From Dermatophilaceae bacterium (GTDB lineage Bacteria > Actinomycetota > Actinomycetes > Actinomycetales > Dermatophilaceae): DNA of 57,446 nucleotides. Both the position numbers and the translations under genes were made by a program. This document shows positions 20,031-29,195 of the stretch, piece by piece; the first letter of the stretch is position 1, and every line of letters starts with the position of its first letter. Location of the stretch: the NCBI GenBank assembly GCA_036565395.1, contig DATCNE010000172.1, positions 1-57,446 on the forward strand. Reading direction: 5' to 3'. Under the pieces are notes generated by a model, which ran no database searches, was not told the origin of the DNA, and saw only the letters and a program-made list of their open reading frames with translations.

Positions 20031-20485
20031 TGGGTTGTTCCGTGCCACGGCTTCGAGCGGTCATCTTCGCCTGGGGTGGCACGCACATGGACGATCTGTT
20101 GCGGGAGAGGGGAATCCGCGTCGGTATCTTGTCCAACACGATCTGGCCGGGGGACTACCACCGTGGCGTGTTCGAACGGGACGGGGTCCTCGACCTGATT
20201 GACGCAGACGTCTATTCCAGCGAGATCGCCTGGACCAAGCCGCACCCGAGAGCGTTCCAGGCATCCGCTGAGGCGCTCGGGGTAGAGCCGTCGGAGGCTG
20301 CCTACGTGGGGGATCGGCCCTTCGAGGACGTTCACGGGAGCCAGTCGGCAGGGATGCGCGCCATCAGGGTGCCGCACTCGGAGAGCCCCGTGGCACAACA
20401 GGTTTCAGTGGACGTGACTCCCGATGGAGTCGCTCATGAGCTGCTCGACGTCCTCGACATCGTGGACGGTTGGCAGTCGAGGTGA
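20030..20485 (+). CDS. HAD-superfamily hydrolase-like protein, apparently decayed (cap region missing, motif I nucleophile lost)
   Basis: Motifs II-IV are present (ILSNT, WTKPHP, YVGDRPFEDVHG). Motif I reads VIFAWGGT and only ~10 residues separate it from motif II. 151 aa. Confidence 0.6.
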   Translation: MGCSVPRLRAVIFAWGGTHMDDLLRERGIRVGILSNTIWPGDYHRGVFERDGVLDLIDADVYSSEIAWTKPHPRAFQASAEALGVEPSEAAYVGDRPFEDVHGSQSAGMRAIRVPHSESPVAQQVSVDVTPDGVAHELLDVLDIVDGWQSR

Positions 20486-21264
20486 GCGACCCTTCGACCA
20501 CGACGCTCGTGTTGATGGTCCTGGCCGCAGTCTGCGCTGGGTGGATCGACGCGGTTGTCGGCGGTGGCGGGCTGATCCAGCTCCCGGCGTTGATGCTCGG
20601 CTTCCCGCTGGCGGCTCCGGTTCAGCTCCTGGCGACCAACAAGCTCAGCTCGATCTGTGGCACATCGGTGAGTGCGGCGACCTACTACCGCCGAGTCAGG
20701 CCGGACCTGAAGACCGCGATCCCGTTGGCACTGTTGGCGTTCTGCGGTTCACTGATCGGCGCCTCGCTCGTGTCGCACATCTCGCGAGCAGCCTTCAACC
20801 CGATCATCCTTGTGGTGCTGATCGGGGTGGGCACCTACACGTTGTTCACCCCGACACTCGGCCGCGCGACCGACCTGCGTTTCTCGGGCCGCCGACATGT
20901 GTTGGCCGCCACCGGGGTCGGCTTCCTGATTGGCATGTATGACGGAGCGCTCGGCCCCGGAACAGGCTCGTTCCTCGTGTTCGCCCTCGTCGGGTTGCTC
21001 GGCTATGCGTTCGTGGAGGCCAGCGCCAAGGCCAAGATCGCCAACGTTGCCACCAACCTGGCGGCACTGGTGGTCTTCATCCCGGCCGGAGCGGTGATGT
21101 GGAAGGTCGGCCTGCTCATGGGCCTGGGCAACCTCGCTGGCGGCTACATCGGGGCACGCACCGCGGTGGCAAAGGGTTCCGGGTTCATCCGTATCGTCCT
21201 CGTCGTCGTGGTCGGTGCGTTCATCGTCAAGATCGGTCTCGACGTCGTCGAGCAGTTCTCCTGA
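20482..21264 (+). CDS. TSUP family (TauE/SafE-like) anion exporter membrane protein
   Basis: About 8 TM segments with internal duplication, and the typical GGGGLIQLPALM N-terminal motif. GTG 20482 overlaps the HAD stop (GTGA); the track start is TTG 20470. Confidence 0.75.
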   Translation: MSDPSTTTLVLMVLAAVCAGWIDAVVGGGGLIQLPALMLGFPLAAPVQLLATNKLSSICGTSVSAATYYRRVRPDLKTAIPLALLAFCGSLIGASLVSHISRAAFNPIILVVLIGVGTYTLFTPTLGRATDLRFSGRRHVLAATGVGFLIGMYDGALGPGTGSFLVFALVGLLGYAFVEASAKAKIANVATNLAALVVFIPAGAVMWKVGLLMGLGNLAGGYIGARTAVAKGSGFIRIVLVVVVGAFIVKIGLDVVEQFS

Positions 21265-21269
21265 CCCGG

Positions 21270-23261
21270 CTACGTCAGGGCCGCCGCCAGCTCCGCAGCC
21301 GTGGTCACCGGGCGGTCACAGACAAAGCCACGGCAGACGTATGCCGCGGCACCGCCGGCCACCAGCGGCCGGTCGGCGAGGAGCGGAATCCCCGGCGAAT
21401 CAGGCTGTCCCTGAGCGATGACCAGTCCGGGGGAGGTGCTGCCACGCGCTATGCGGACCAGTTCTCGCGCATGCGGTCCGTCGCCGACGACGGCCACCTG
21501 AAGGGGGCCTGCGGCCATCGCTTCGGCCACGGCAAGGGTCCAGCCCGCAAAACGTGGGTCCTGAGCGGCAAGACGTGAGGCGGCGGTGACTGCGGCGTCG
21601 GCTGCTTCCCTGTGCCGGGTCGATCCGGTGAGCGCCGAGAAGGTCAGTAGCGCGCCCGCGAGTGCGGCGTGGCCGGACGGCTCGGCGTTGTCCGCTGCGC
21701 TGCGTGGTCTGGCGAAGAGCTCCTCGGCGTCGTCCGCGGTGTCGAAGAAACCGCCCTGACCATCGGCGAAGTGGGCCAGCGCCGTATCAAGGAGACTGCC
21801 TGCCGCGGTGAGCCACCGTGGCTCCCCGGTGGCTTGGTGCAGAGTGAGCAGGCCTTCGGCCAGGTTGCCGTGGTCATCGGCGACCCCCATCGCGGTTCCG
21901 ACCACGCCTGCGCGCGATGCCCGGCGCAGCCTGCCGTCAACCAGGTGGGCGTCCACGAGAAACTGCGCACACCCGCGGGCAGCCTCCACGTATCGTGAAT
22001 CCTCAAGCAGCACACCGGCTTCGCTCAGCGCAGCGATGGTCAGACCGTTCCAGCTCGTGACGACTTTGTCGTCACGAGCCGGCTGTGGCCGCAGATCGCG
22101 AGCGGCCCGCAAACGGTCGCGGACGATTTCCCACCAAGGCGCGTCAGCCGGATCCGTACGAAGCTGCAACGTGGACATTCCGTGTTCGAAAGTCCCTGTC
22201 TCGGTGACCTCGAGCAGCTGGGCGACCCGGCGACCGTCCTCCTCACCCAGCACGTCCACGAGCTGTTGCTCGGTCCAGGCGTAGGTCAGCCCCTCGACCC
22301 CGTCGGTGTCGGCATCGAGAGCTGACGCGAAGCCACCCTCGGCAGTCCCGAGATCGCGCAGCAGGAAGTCCGCCGTCTGACGCGCAATCCGTTCTGCCAG
22401 AGACACCTCTGCTGGGGAGCGCGATCGTGTCGCCCGCCACAGGTGAAGATAGACGCGCAACAGCTGGGCGTTGTCGTAGAGCATCTTCTCGAAGTGAGGC
22501 ACCACCCAGCCTGCGTCCACGGAGTAGCGCGCAAAGCCACCGGCCAGCTGGTCGTACATCCCGCCACGGGCCATCGCCTCACAGCTGCCGTCGGCCATCA
22601 GCAATGCGCGTTCTGAACCGGTGCGTGCCCAATGGCGCAACAAGAACTCCAGAACCATTGACGGCGGAAATTTCGGCGCCCGACCGAATCCGCCATGCTG
22701 CCAGTCATATCCGTCGGACAGCACCTCTTCGGCCTGCTGGAGCTCAACTGCCCCCAGCGGTGCACCCGCCCCGACTGTCGTGCCGGCGCGCAGAGCCTCG
22801 ACGATGTGTGAACCGCTGGCGACAACCTCCTCGCGTCGATCGCGCCACGCGTCGGAGACACCTGAGAGCAGCTGCAGGAATGAGGCCTTGGGGAAGTACG
22901 TGCCGCAGAAGAAGGGCTCTCCGGCCGGCGTGAGGAAGCAGGTCATGGGCCAGCCGCCATGACCGGTCATCGCGGTGGTCGCTGACATGTAGATCGCGTC
23001 GAGGTCAGGGCGTTCCTCGCGGTCGACCTTGATGGCCACGAAGTTGGCGTTGATGGCCCCAGCAACCTCGTCATCCTCGAACGACTCGTGCGCCATCACG
23101 TGACACCAGTGACAGGCTGCATACCCGATCGACAGCAGGATGGGTTTGCTGAGACGCTCCGCCTCAGCGAGAGCATCCGGCCCCCACTGCCACCAGTCGA
23201 CCGGATTGTCCTTGTGCTGCAACAGATACGGGCTCGTGGAGTCCGCGAGTCGGTTCGCCAT
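21270..23261 (-). CDS. thioredoxin-domain (DUF255/YyaL-like) protein with C-terminal alpha/alpha-barrel domain
   Basis: N-terminus [47 protein letters not shown]. About 660 aa. ATG 23261 follows GAGGAAGG; the track start is GTG 23270. Confidence 0.85.
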   Translation of the reverse strand: MANRLADSTSPYLLQHKDNPVDWWQWGPDALAEAERLSKPILLSIGYAACHWCHVMAHESFEDDEVAGAINANFVAIKVDREERPDLDAIYMSATTAMTGHGGWPMTCFLTPAGEPFFCGTYFPKASFLQLLSGVSDAWRDRREEVVASGSHIVEALRAGTTVGAGAPLGAVELQQAEEVLSDGYDWQHGGFGRAPKFPPSMVLEFLLRHWARTGSERALLMADGSCEAMARGGMYDQLAGGFARYSVDAGWVVPHFEKMLYDNAQLLRVYLHLWRATRSRSPAEVSLAERIARQTADFLLRDLGTAEGGFASALDADTDGVEGLTYAWTEQQLVDVLGEEDGRRVAQLLEVTETGTFEHGMSTLQLRTDPADAPWWEIVRDRLRAARDLRPQPARDDKVVTSWNGLTIAALSEAGVLLEDSRYVEAARGCAQFLVDAHLVDGRLRRASRAGVVGTAMGVADDHGNLAEGLLTLHQATGEPRWLTAAGSLLDTALAHFADGQGGFFDTADDAEELFARPRSAADNAEPSGHAALAGALLTFSALTGSTRHREAADAAVTAASRLAAQDPRFAGWTLAVAEAMAAGPLQVAVVGDGPHARELVRIARGSTSPGLVIAQGQPDSPGIPLLADRPLVAGGAAAYVCRGFVCDRPVTTAAELAAALT

Positions 23262-23297
23262 CAGGGTCACCCTTCCTCACTGGTCACAGTGATGTCG
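23097..23297. repeat. direct repeat copy A (5' end plus leader of the thioredoxin-domain gene)
   Basis: Ungapped alignment with 36229..36429 at an offset of 13132 nt. 167/174 identical over 23097..23270, then about two-thirds identity for ~27 more nt. Confidence 0.9.
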
Positions 23298-23663
23298 AAT
23301 GCTGACATCGTGACGCCTTTCTGGCTGATCCAGCAAACGTGCCGTCTCGTGACGGTATGTCCGGGCAGCAGTCAGCGGCGGTCGATTGCGCCACCGGGAC
23401 AGCTCCGGACCTTCCTCTCCATGAACCCAACAAAGACTGAAACCCAACCATTACGCGACGACCCGCGCCACACGTTCCTGAAGCCGCAGGAGGTCACGAG
23501 AAACCTGAGTTTGGGAAAGTCGTGTAGACCGAGCTCAGCGTTACCGGCCGGGGCGGACCCGGGACGCTGCGAGGCGTGAACCTGTCGTGACACCCAAACG
23601 ACAAGGCAGCCTTGACCTACGATGGCTGACTTGAGCGGTCCAGCGTCCTTGTTGAGGGGAACT

Positions 23664-24458
23664 GTGAAGAGATTCGGGAGTGTTGGACTGGCCGTAGGAG
23701 CAGTGCTGCTCGCTGTGCTGAGCGCATGCTCGTCGAGCACTTCTTCCAGCTCGTCAAATGGTTCGTCACCGTTTGCTTCGACGTATCCACCTCCGAAGGC
23801 TGGCACGACGTTTGACAAGGCGCTCAGCCCGGTGGTCGCTGCTCTGCCGTTCGTCAATCAGGACGGCCAGACGGTGACCTTGGACTCTCTCAAAGGCAAG
23901 ACCGTTGTCTTGACGGACTTCTTGACCCTGTGTCAAGAGGTCTGTCCGCTGACCACTGGGAACTATGAGCAGATCGCCGAGAAGGTGAAGATGGCGGAGG
24001 CCTCCAGCAAGATCACACTGCTTGAAGTCACCGTTGACCCGGCCAGGGATACCGCCGCCCGGTTGAAGGTCTACAGCAACAACCTTGGCGCTCCCGTGAA
24101 CTGGCAGTTCTGGACCGGTACTCCGGCAGATATCGCATCGCTGTGGAAAGAGATGGGGGTGTTCTACGAGAAGGTTCCCGAGGATCCGGGTGTCCATCCC
24201 GTCGACTGGTGGACCGGTAATGGTCTTACCTACGACGTAGACCATCAGGATGTGGTGTTCGTGCTGGGAACGGACGGGCACGAAAGATGGCTGATCCAGG
24301 GCAACCCGAACCTGCAAGGCGGGTCCGTTCCTGCGTCCTTGGCGGACTTCCTCAATGCGAGCGGTCAGGCGAACCTGGCCTCACCCGGGGTCCAGTCCTG
24401 GACTTCTCGTGACGTGACCGCCGCCCTCACCTACGTCACGGGACAGCAGATCGGCTGA
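23664..24458 (+). CDS. SCO1/SenC-family copper chaperone lipoprotein
   Basis: Signal/lipobox VLLAVLSACSS and thioredoxin-fold CxxxC motif TDFLTLCQEVCPLTTG. GTG 23664 follows GAGGGGA. Confidence 0.85.
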   Translation: MKRFGSVGLAVGAVLLAVLSACSSSTSSSSSNGSSPFASTYPPPKAGTTFDKALSPVVAALPFVNQDGQTVTLDSLKGKTVVLTDFLTLCQEVCPLTTGNYEQIAEKVKMAEASSKITLLEVTVDPARDTAARLKVYSNNLGAPVNWQFWTGTPADIASLWKEMGVFYEKVPEDPGVHPVDWWTGNGLTYDVDHQDVVFVLGTDGHERWLIQGNPNLQGGSVPASLADFLNASGQANLASPGVQSWTSRDVTAALTYVTGQQIG

Positions 24459-24511
24459 CGTCCGGTCCGGGCCGGTTGCGCCATGGTGGTGAGGCTCGTC
24501 TGAGCCGGCGT

Positions 24512-25090
24512 TCAGTTCTCGTGCAGCAGCTCGCTGACCAGGGTTTCGATCTCCGCACCTGTCACTGGCCCGATCACCCGCGCCGCCATCCGGCTGTGCC
24601 GATCCAGGATGAGGGTGCTGGGGATCCCCTTCTGGGGCAACAGGGGGAGCCGCCTGAGGAGAGCTCCGTCGGAATCCACCAGCTGTGGGTATGTCACACC
24701 CGCCGTGGTGACGAACTGGATCGCGGAGGTGGCGGTGTCCGTCTCGTCGATACCGACGAAGCGGACCTTCTGCCCCGCCAGCTTACGATCCAGGCCAGCA
24801 AGCACAGGGGACTCATCCCTGCATGGTGCGCACCACGACGCCCAGATGTTGAGGACGACAACGTTGCCTGCGAGGCCCTCCAGCGTGAAGTGCGTGCCCT
24901 CGAGCGTCGTACCGCTCAGGGTGGGGGCCAGGCGTCGATCACCTATAGCGATGCGGCTGACGCCGGGGGACTCGGACGTTCGATTGACGTCACCGGTCGA
25001 GGACGTGACGGCGCCGGCACAGGATGCCGAGAGTAGAGCTGCGACGGCAACCGCGGCCATTCGAACGCGAGAGCCTGATTGGTGAGGCAC
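24512..25090 (-). CDS. TlpA/ResA-like membrane-anchored thiol:disulfide oxidoreductase
   Basis: [16 protein letters not shown] (WCxxC) with an N-terminal anchor/lipobox LLSASCAG. Confidence 0.85.
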   Translation of the reverse strand: MPHQSGSRVRMAAVAVAALLSASCAGAVTSSTGDVNRTSESPGVSRIAIGDRRLAPTLSGTTLEGTHFTLEGLAGNVVVLNIWASWCAPCRDESPVLAGLDRKLAGQKVRFVGIDETDTATSAIQFVTTAGVTYPQLVDSDGALLRRLPLLPQKGIPSTLILDRHSRMAARVIGPVTGAEIETLVSELLHEN

Positions 25091-25250
25091 GCCGCTTCAC
25101 GGGCCTTTCTTGATACTGGATGGCCAGATGTGCCTTGCGTCTTCGTCAGCTGGGAATCCCGGTCGTTGGTTCAGGTTCATTGAGGAACAAGACGGACCAG
25201 TGTGCAAAGACCGCGCGCTCTGCGACAATCCTCGCAGGGATGGGAGTCAA

Positions 25251-26186
25251 ATGGTTGATATCGTGAATCGCGGTGTTGAAATTGGTCGCAATTCACCACA
25301 ATTCGTGTCAGTGGTGAAGGCCTACGTGGCCCTGACCAAGCCCCGGATCATCGAGCTTCTTCTGGTCACGACCGTGCCGGCCATGATGTTGGCGGCTCGG
25401 GGACTGCCCTCTGTTGGTCTGTTGACCGCCACCCTGCTTGGAGGCACGTTGGCCGCAGGAAGCGCCAACGCGCTGAACTGCTACTACGACCGCGACATCG
25501 ACGCCATCATGATGCGCACGAAGGATCGGCCGCTCAACCATTCCTTGATCAGTCCTCGGAGCGCCTTCGTCTTCGGTTTTGTCCTCGGTGGTCTGTCCTT
25601 GGTGCTCCTATGGCTGACGACCAACGATCTGAGCGCTGCCCTCGCGTTAGCGGCGATCGCCTTCTATGTGTTGGTCTACACAAGGCTGCTCAAACGCCGC
25701 ACATCACAGAACATCGTGTGGGGAGGCGCCGCGGGGTGCATGCCGGTGTTGATCGGCTGGACCGCGGTGACCGGCCGGCTGGCCTGGGCCCCAGTGGTGC
25801 TGTTCCTCGTCGTGTTCTTGTGGACGCCACCGCACTTCTGGGCGCTGGCGATGCAGTTCAAAGGGGATTATGCGGCGGCGCGCATCCCGATGCTGCCCGT
25901 CGTGGCGACGGAAGATGTGGTCACCGCCAGGATCGTCGTGTACTCCTGGGCGATGGTGGCCACCTCGCTGCTGCTATGGCCGGTGGCTCGAACCGGTCCG
26001 TTGTACGCGCTTGCCGCGGCGGTCTTGGGCGCGGTGTTCCTGAAGGAGGCGTACGCACTGCGGCGCAGGGTTCGACAAGGGCGATCGGCTCAGTCGGGTC
26101 GGCTCTTCCACCTGTCGATCACGTATCTGAGTCTTCTCTTTCTGGCGGTTGCCGCCGAGAATCTGGTGCCTTCCGTCTGGCGTTGA
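25251..26186 (+). CDS. ctaB: protoheme IX farnesyltransferase (heme O synthase)
   Basis: UbiA-family motifs [12 protein letters not shown] and [10 protein letters not shown]. About 9 TM segments. ATG 25251 is in frame with track ORF 25110. Confidence 0.9.
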   Translation: MVDIVNRGVEIGRNSPQFVSVVKAYVALTKPRIIELLLVTTVPAMMLAARGLPSVGLLTATLLGGTLAAGSANALNCYYDRDIDAIMMRTKDRPLNHSLISPRSAFVFGFVLGGLSLVLLWLTTNDLSAALALAAIAFYVLVYTRLLKRRTSQNIVWGGAAGCMPVLIGWTAVTGRLAWAPVVLFLVVFLWTPPHFWALAMQFKGDYAAARIPMLPVVATEDVVTARIVVYSWAMVATSLLLWPVARTGPLYALAAAVLGAVFLKEAYALRRRVRQGRSAQSGRLFHLSITYLSLLFLAVAAENLVPSVWR

Positions 26187-26580
26187 CGGCCCTGTCGGGT
26201 GGGCCGCCGGGCGGGTCCGCGGCCTGGAGCTTGGCGAGGTGTTCCTGCCACGCAACCAGACCGGGGTCGGGTTGCGTGGCAGCCTGAGGGTCGCCTTTCA
26301 GGACGTGGCGGGGTGGGCTGTCGTGCAGCTGACGCCACCAGATGTAGGTGCCCAAGATTGCGAACAAGGGCCATTCGAAGGCGTAGACCCAAGCAACCTG
26401 CCGGCCGGCGAGGGCGCGGGTCAGCTCGAACCATCCGGCAAACAAGCACCCAGGCACCCCGATGACAAAGGGGATGTGCAGCCGCGCCATGGAGGACCAG
26501 CGCCCTGCTTCGTGGCCCGTGGTCGAAGATCCTTCGGCGAGGGGCACTCGCTCACCCGGGTCGGGGGCGGTATCAGGCAC
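26119..26580 (-). CDS. hypothetical small two-TM membrane protein
   Basis: Two hydrophobic helices ([16 protein letters not shown] and [18 protein letters not shown]). Its start overlaps the ctaG-like stop and its 3' end overlaps ctaB convergently by 68 nt. No recognisable family. Confidence 0.45.
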   Translation of the reverse strand: MPDTAPDPGERVPLAEGSSTTGHEAGRWSSMARLHIPFVIGVPGCLFAGWFELTRALAGRQVAWVYAFEWPLFAILGTYIWWRQLHDSPPRHVLKGDPQAATQPDPGLVAWQEHLAKLQAADPPGGPPDRAVNARRKAPDSRRQPPEREDSDT

Positions 26581-27442
26581 GGGACCCTCCTTGCAGCTCC
26601 GCGGCGTGGACGGCGTCGAGGCGTCGTCCCTTGCGTGCCTCGCTGAGCAACCACTCGTGAGCGGCCAGTGCTATCCATCCGGCATCGATGGCCATGCTGC
26701 CGGCCCACATGAGCGCACCACCCAGCTGCTGGTCGGCGAGAGGTCCGGGGCCGAAAGGTCGATGTACCTGTGCGTAGAAGGGGTACATCACGAAGGGGGA
26801 GGCATAGATGAAGAAGCCGGTCATGGTCTCGGGCACCATCATCAAGGACAGCGACACCATCCGAAGCGCCGGTGACAGTCGGCGGGGTGCGAGGTTCCCT
26901 GGCAGCAGCGGATAGAAGTAGAGCAGCCCGGCGCCCAGGTAGAGCGGGTGCTCCACGAACCGGTGCATGTTGGGGTGCTCGAGCGTGAACTCGTAGAACG
27001 GGGTGAAATGCGTCCCGACAATGACCAGGGCAAGCAGCAGCCACGTTGTCACCGGGTTGGCCAGGGCGTAGGCAAGCCGGCTTCTCAACACGGGAACCAC
27101 CCAGTACCGGCGACGTTGTGGCGAGCTCACCCGAAGAACCAGCAGCACCGGGGCTCCGAGCACCAACAGGGGCGCGCAGACCATGACCAGAACGATGTGC
27201 TGAACCATGTGGGCCCAGAAGAAGGTGTCATCGAAGGCGCCGATGGGGCCGAGGAGGCTCACCCAGAGCAGGGCTATTCCGGACTGAAAACAGGCACTCT
27301 TGCGACCGGACCATGGTGTCTCAGGGTGGCGTGCGCTTACGGTCCGCGCACCCCAGGCGTACAGCACCGCCGCCATGCCCAAGCCGGCAGCAAGGGCAGG
27401 ATCGAAAGTCCACGTGCCGAGGAAGCTCAACCAGTGCCCCAC
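26573..27442 (-). CDS. ctaG: cytochrome c oxidase assembly factor, Bacillus-type CtaG (Caa3_CtaG family) membrane protein
   Basis: FDPALAAGLGMAAVLYAWG and HMVQHIVLVMVCAPLLVLGAP with about 7 TM segments. Start set at GTG 27442 because 27443..27559 is A/T-rich and looks noncoding; the track start is 27559. Confidence 0.75.
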   Translation of the reverse strand: MGHWLSFLGTWTFDPALAAGLGMAAVLYAWGARTVSARHPETPWSGRKSACFQSGIALLWVSLLGPIGAFDDTFFWAHMVQHIVLVMVCAPLLVLGAPVLLVLRVSSPQRRRYWVVPVLRSRLAYALANPVTTWLLLALVIVGTHFTPFYEFTLEHPNMHRFVEHPLYLGAGLLYFYPLLPGNLAPRRLSPALRMVSLSLMMVPETMTGFFIYASPFVMYPFYAQVHRPFGPGPLADQQLGGALMWAGSMAIDAGWIALAAHEWLLSEARKGRRLDAVHAAELQGGSRA

Positions 27443-27657
27443 GCTGACAAATGTTAGCAGCGCGCGACGTGGGCAATAAGAAAAATAGTTGATTCGGGAT
27501 GAAGGGGATATTTCGGTCGATGCCTCGGAGAGACATTCACGTTTCACTTCCGAAGACACGTTCCGATACTGCCCTGCTTGACGCCACGTGTGACTTAGGT
27601 CACCCTGAGCCTACCGACCATCGCGCGTCGGGATACTTAGGGGCCGGAGGGCGGCGA

Positions 27658-28350
27658 ATGGGCACGACACGCGTTTATCTGAAGGCGTCGGCGGCCGTTG
27701 CGTTGGGCGTCCTCGTGGTTGTCCTGGCCGGCACCGCGCTTGCTCGTGCCGGCACCACGCCCGGGTTGCTCAAGGCCACCGTCAAGGGGACGGCACAGAC
27801 GCCGGTGGGCGTGCTGCCGCATGCGTTCATGGAGCTTGCCACCTACCCGGACAGCATGGCCGGAGAGCACGGTCCCGATGGAGGCAGCAAGCCCGACTGG
27901 GTCAGCTATGGCCCAACCACCAACTTCAGTGCGCCTGCCCATTCCTTGGTGACCGTCACCATCAAGCAGTATGACGGCGGCGAGAAGATCACGAATCCCT
28001 GGTTCGCCAAGGTGCACGGCACGGTCGACGGGACCATGACGGTCGACGGGAAGACCGCGACGGAAGCGAACCCGGATGCCATCGGGCACACCTTCACCAT
28101 TCACGCTCTGCCGACGAACCAGGACCCGTTGTTCGTCAGCGTCCCGTTGCCCGCGGTGCCGGAGGACGTCAAGCCCGCCTCGGGTTCGGACTACCCGCCC
28201 CCGATCGTCGTGACCTTCTCGTTCGTAACCGGGGGCCCGGGCGAGTACGTGTGGAACTGCGAATACCCGTGTGGGGACGGTACCTACGCCAAGTTCGGCG
28301 GGCCCATGTCGACCCGGGGCTACATGGCCGGGACCTTCACCGTCACTTGA
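27658..28350 (+). CDS. secreted/anchored cupredoxin-like protein with a partial CuA-like Cys loop
   Basis: ATG 27658 follows GGAGGGCGG. N-terminal signal anchor, then HTFTIH...VWNCEYPCGDGTYAKFGGPMSTRGYMAGTFTV at the C-terminus. Sits immediately upstream of coxB. Confidence 0.55.
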   Translation: MGTTRVYLKASAAVALGVLVVVLAGTALARAGTTPGLLKATVKGTAQTPVGVLPHAFMELATYPDSMAGEHGPDGGSKPDWVSYGPTTNFSAPAHSLVTVTIKQYDGGEKITNPWFAKVHGTVDGTMTVDGKTATEANPDAIGHTFTIHALPTNQDPLFVSVPLPAVPEDVKPASGSDYPPPIVVTFSFVTGGPGEYVWNCEYPCGDGTYAKFGGPMSTRGYMAGTFTVT

Positions 28351-28363
28351 GCCGCAACCCTAG

Positions 28364-29167
28364 ATGGTACGCACCGAAAGGCATCCCCACATGGCCCAGA
28401 CCGAGTCGGTGACAGCCCAGATACGCACGTGGTGGCAGCGGGTCGAGATCAAGCGGATTGTCTGGATCTGGCTGGGCATCACGGTGGTTCTGGTGATTTT
28501 CGCCCTCATGGTGCCCGCACGTGTGATGGGTCCCGCCGCTTCACCGAGCATGCGTGCAGTCGAGAGCACCATGACCATCTTCTCGGTTGCGGCGGCTCCG
28601 GTGATGGCTCTCGTGCTGGCGGTCGCGGTCTACAGCCTGATCGTCTGGCGCTCACGGGGCTCGGAGCCGCCCATTGGCGACGGCCCGCCTATCAGGGGCA
28701 ACGGGCTGGCGACGGCAACGTGGATTGTGGCCTCCTCCCTCCTGACCATGTTTGTGCTGATCTGGGGTTTGGGCGAGATGCAGAGCCTCTCGGCCGAGGC
28801 TTCGGGGCCCAACGCGATGGTCGTGAACGTCACCGGCCAGCAATGGGTGTGGACCTTCAGCTATCCGCAGAACGGCAACGTCGAGTCGGACCAGCTGTAT
28901 CTGCCGGTAAACCGTCCGGTGGTCTTCCACGTCACGAGCAAGGACGTCGTCCACTCCTTCTGGGTCGTTGAGCTGGGGATCAAGGTCGACGCCAACCCCG
29001 GTGAGATGACCAAGTCCGGAGTGATCCCGGACAAGAGGGGCACCTACGTCGTGCGCTGCGCCGAGCTGTGTGGGCTGCTGCACGCGCACATGGAGACCCA
29101 GGCTCACGTTGTGAACAGCGCCGATTTCTCGGCGTGGATCACCGCCCAGGGAGGTCGGGCGTCGTGA
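28364..29167 (+). CDS. ctaC: heme-copper oxidase subunit II (CuA; no cytochrome c domain)
   Basis: VVFHVTSKDVVHSFWV and CuA loop RCAELCGLLHAHM. Confidence 0.9.
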   Translation: MVRTERHPHMAQTESVTAQIRTWWQRVEIKRIVWIWLGITVVLVIFALMVPARVMGPAASPSMRAVESTMTIFSVAAAPVMALVLAVAVYSLIVWRSRGSEPPIGDGPPIRGNGLATATWIVASSLLTMFVLIWGLGEMQSLSAEASGPNAMVVNVTGQQWVWTFSYPQNGNVESDQLYLPVNRPVVFHVTSKDVVHSFWVVELGIKVDANPGEMTKSGVIPDKRGTYVVRCAELCGLLHAHMETQAHVVNSADFSAWITAQGGRAS

Positions 29168-29195
29168 GGACGATCGGGCCACGAAGGGAAGCACG

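Noticed and set aside
23372-23857. 161-aa minus-strand ORF spanning the thioredoxin-gene/SCO intergenic region
   Set aside because: Its 5' half is antisense to the SCO lipoprotein signal peptide. Its 3' half lies in A/T-richer DNA without the genome's codon bias. It has no motifs.
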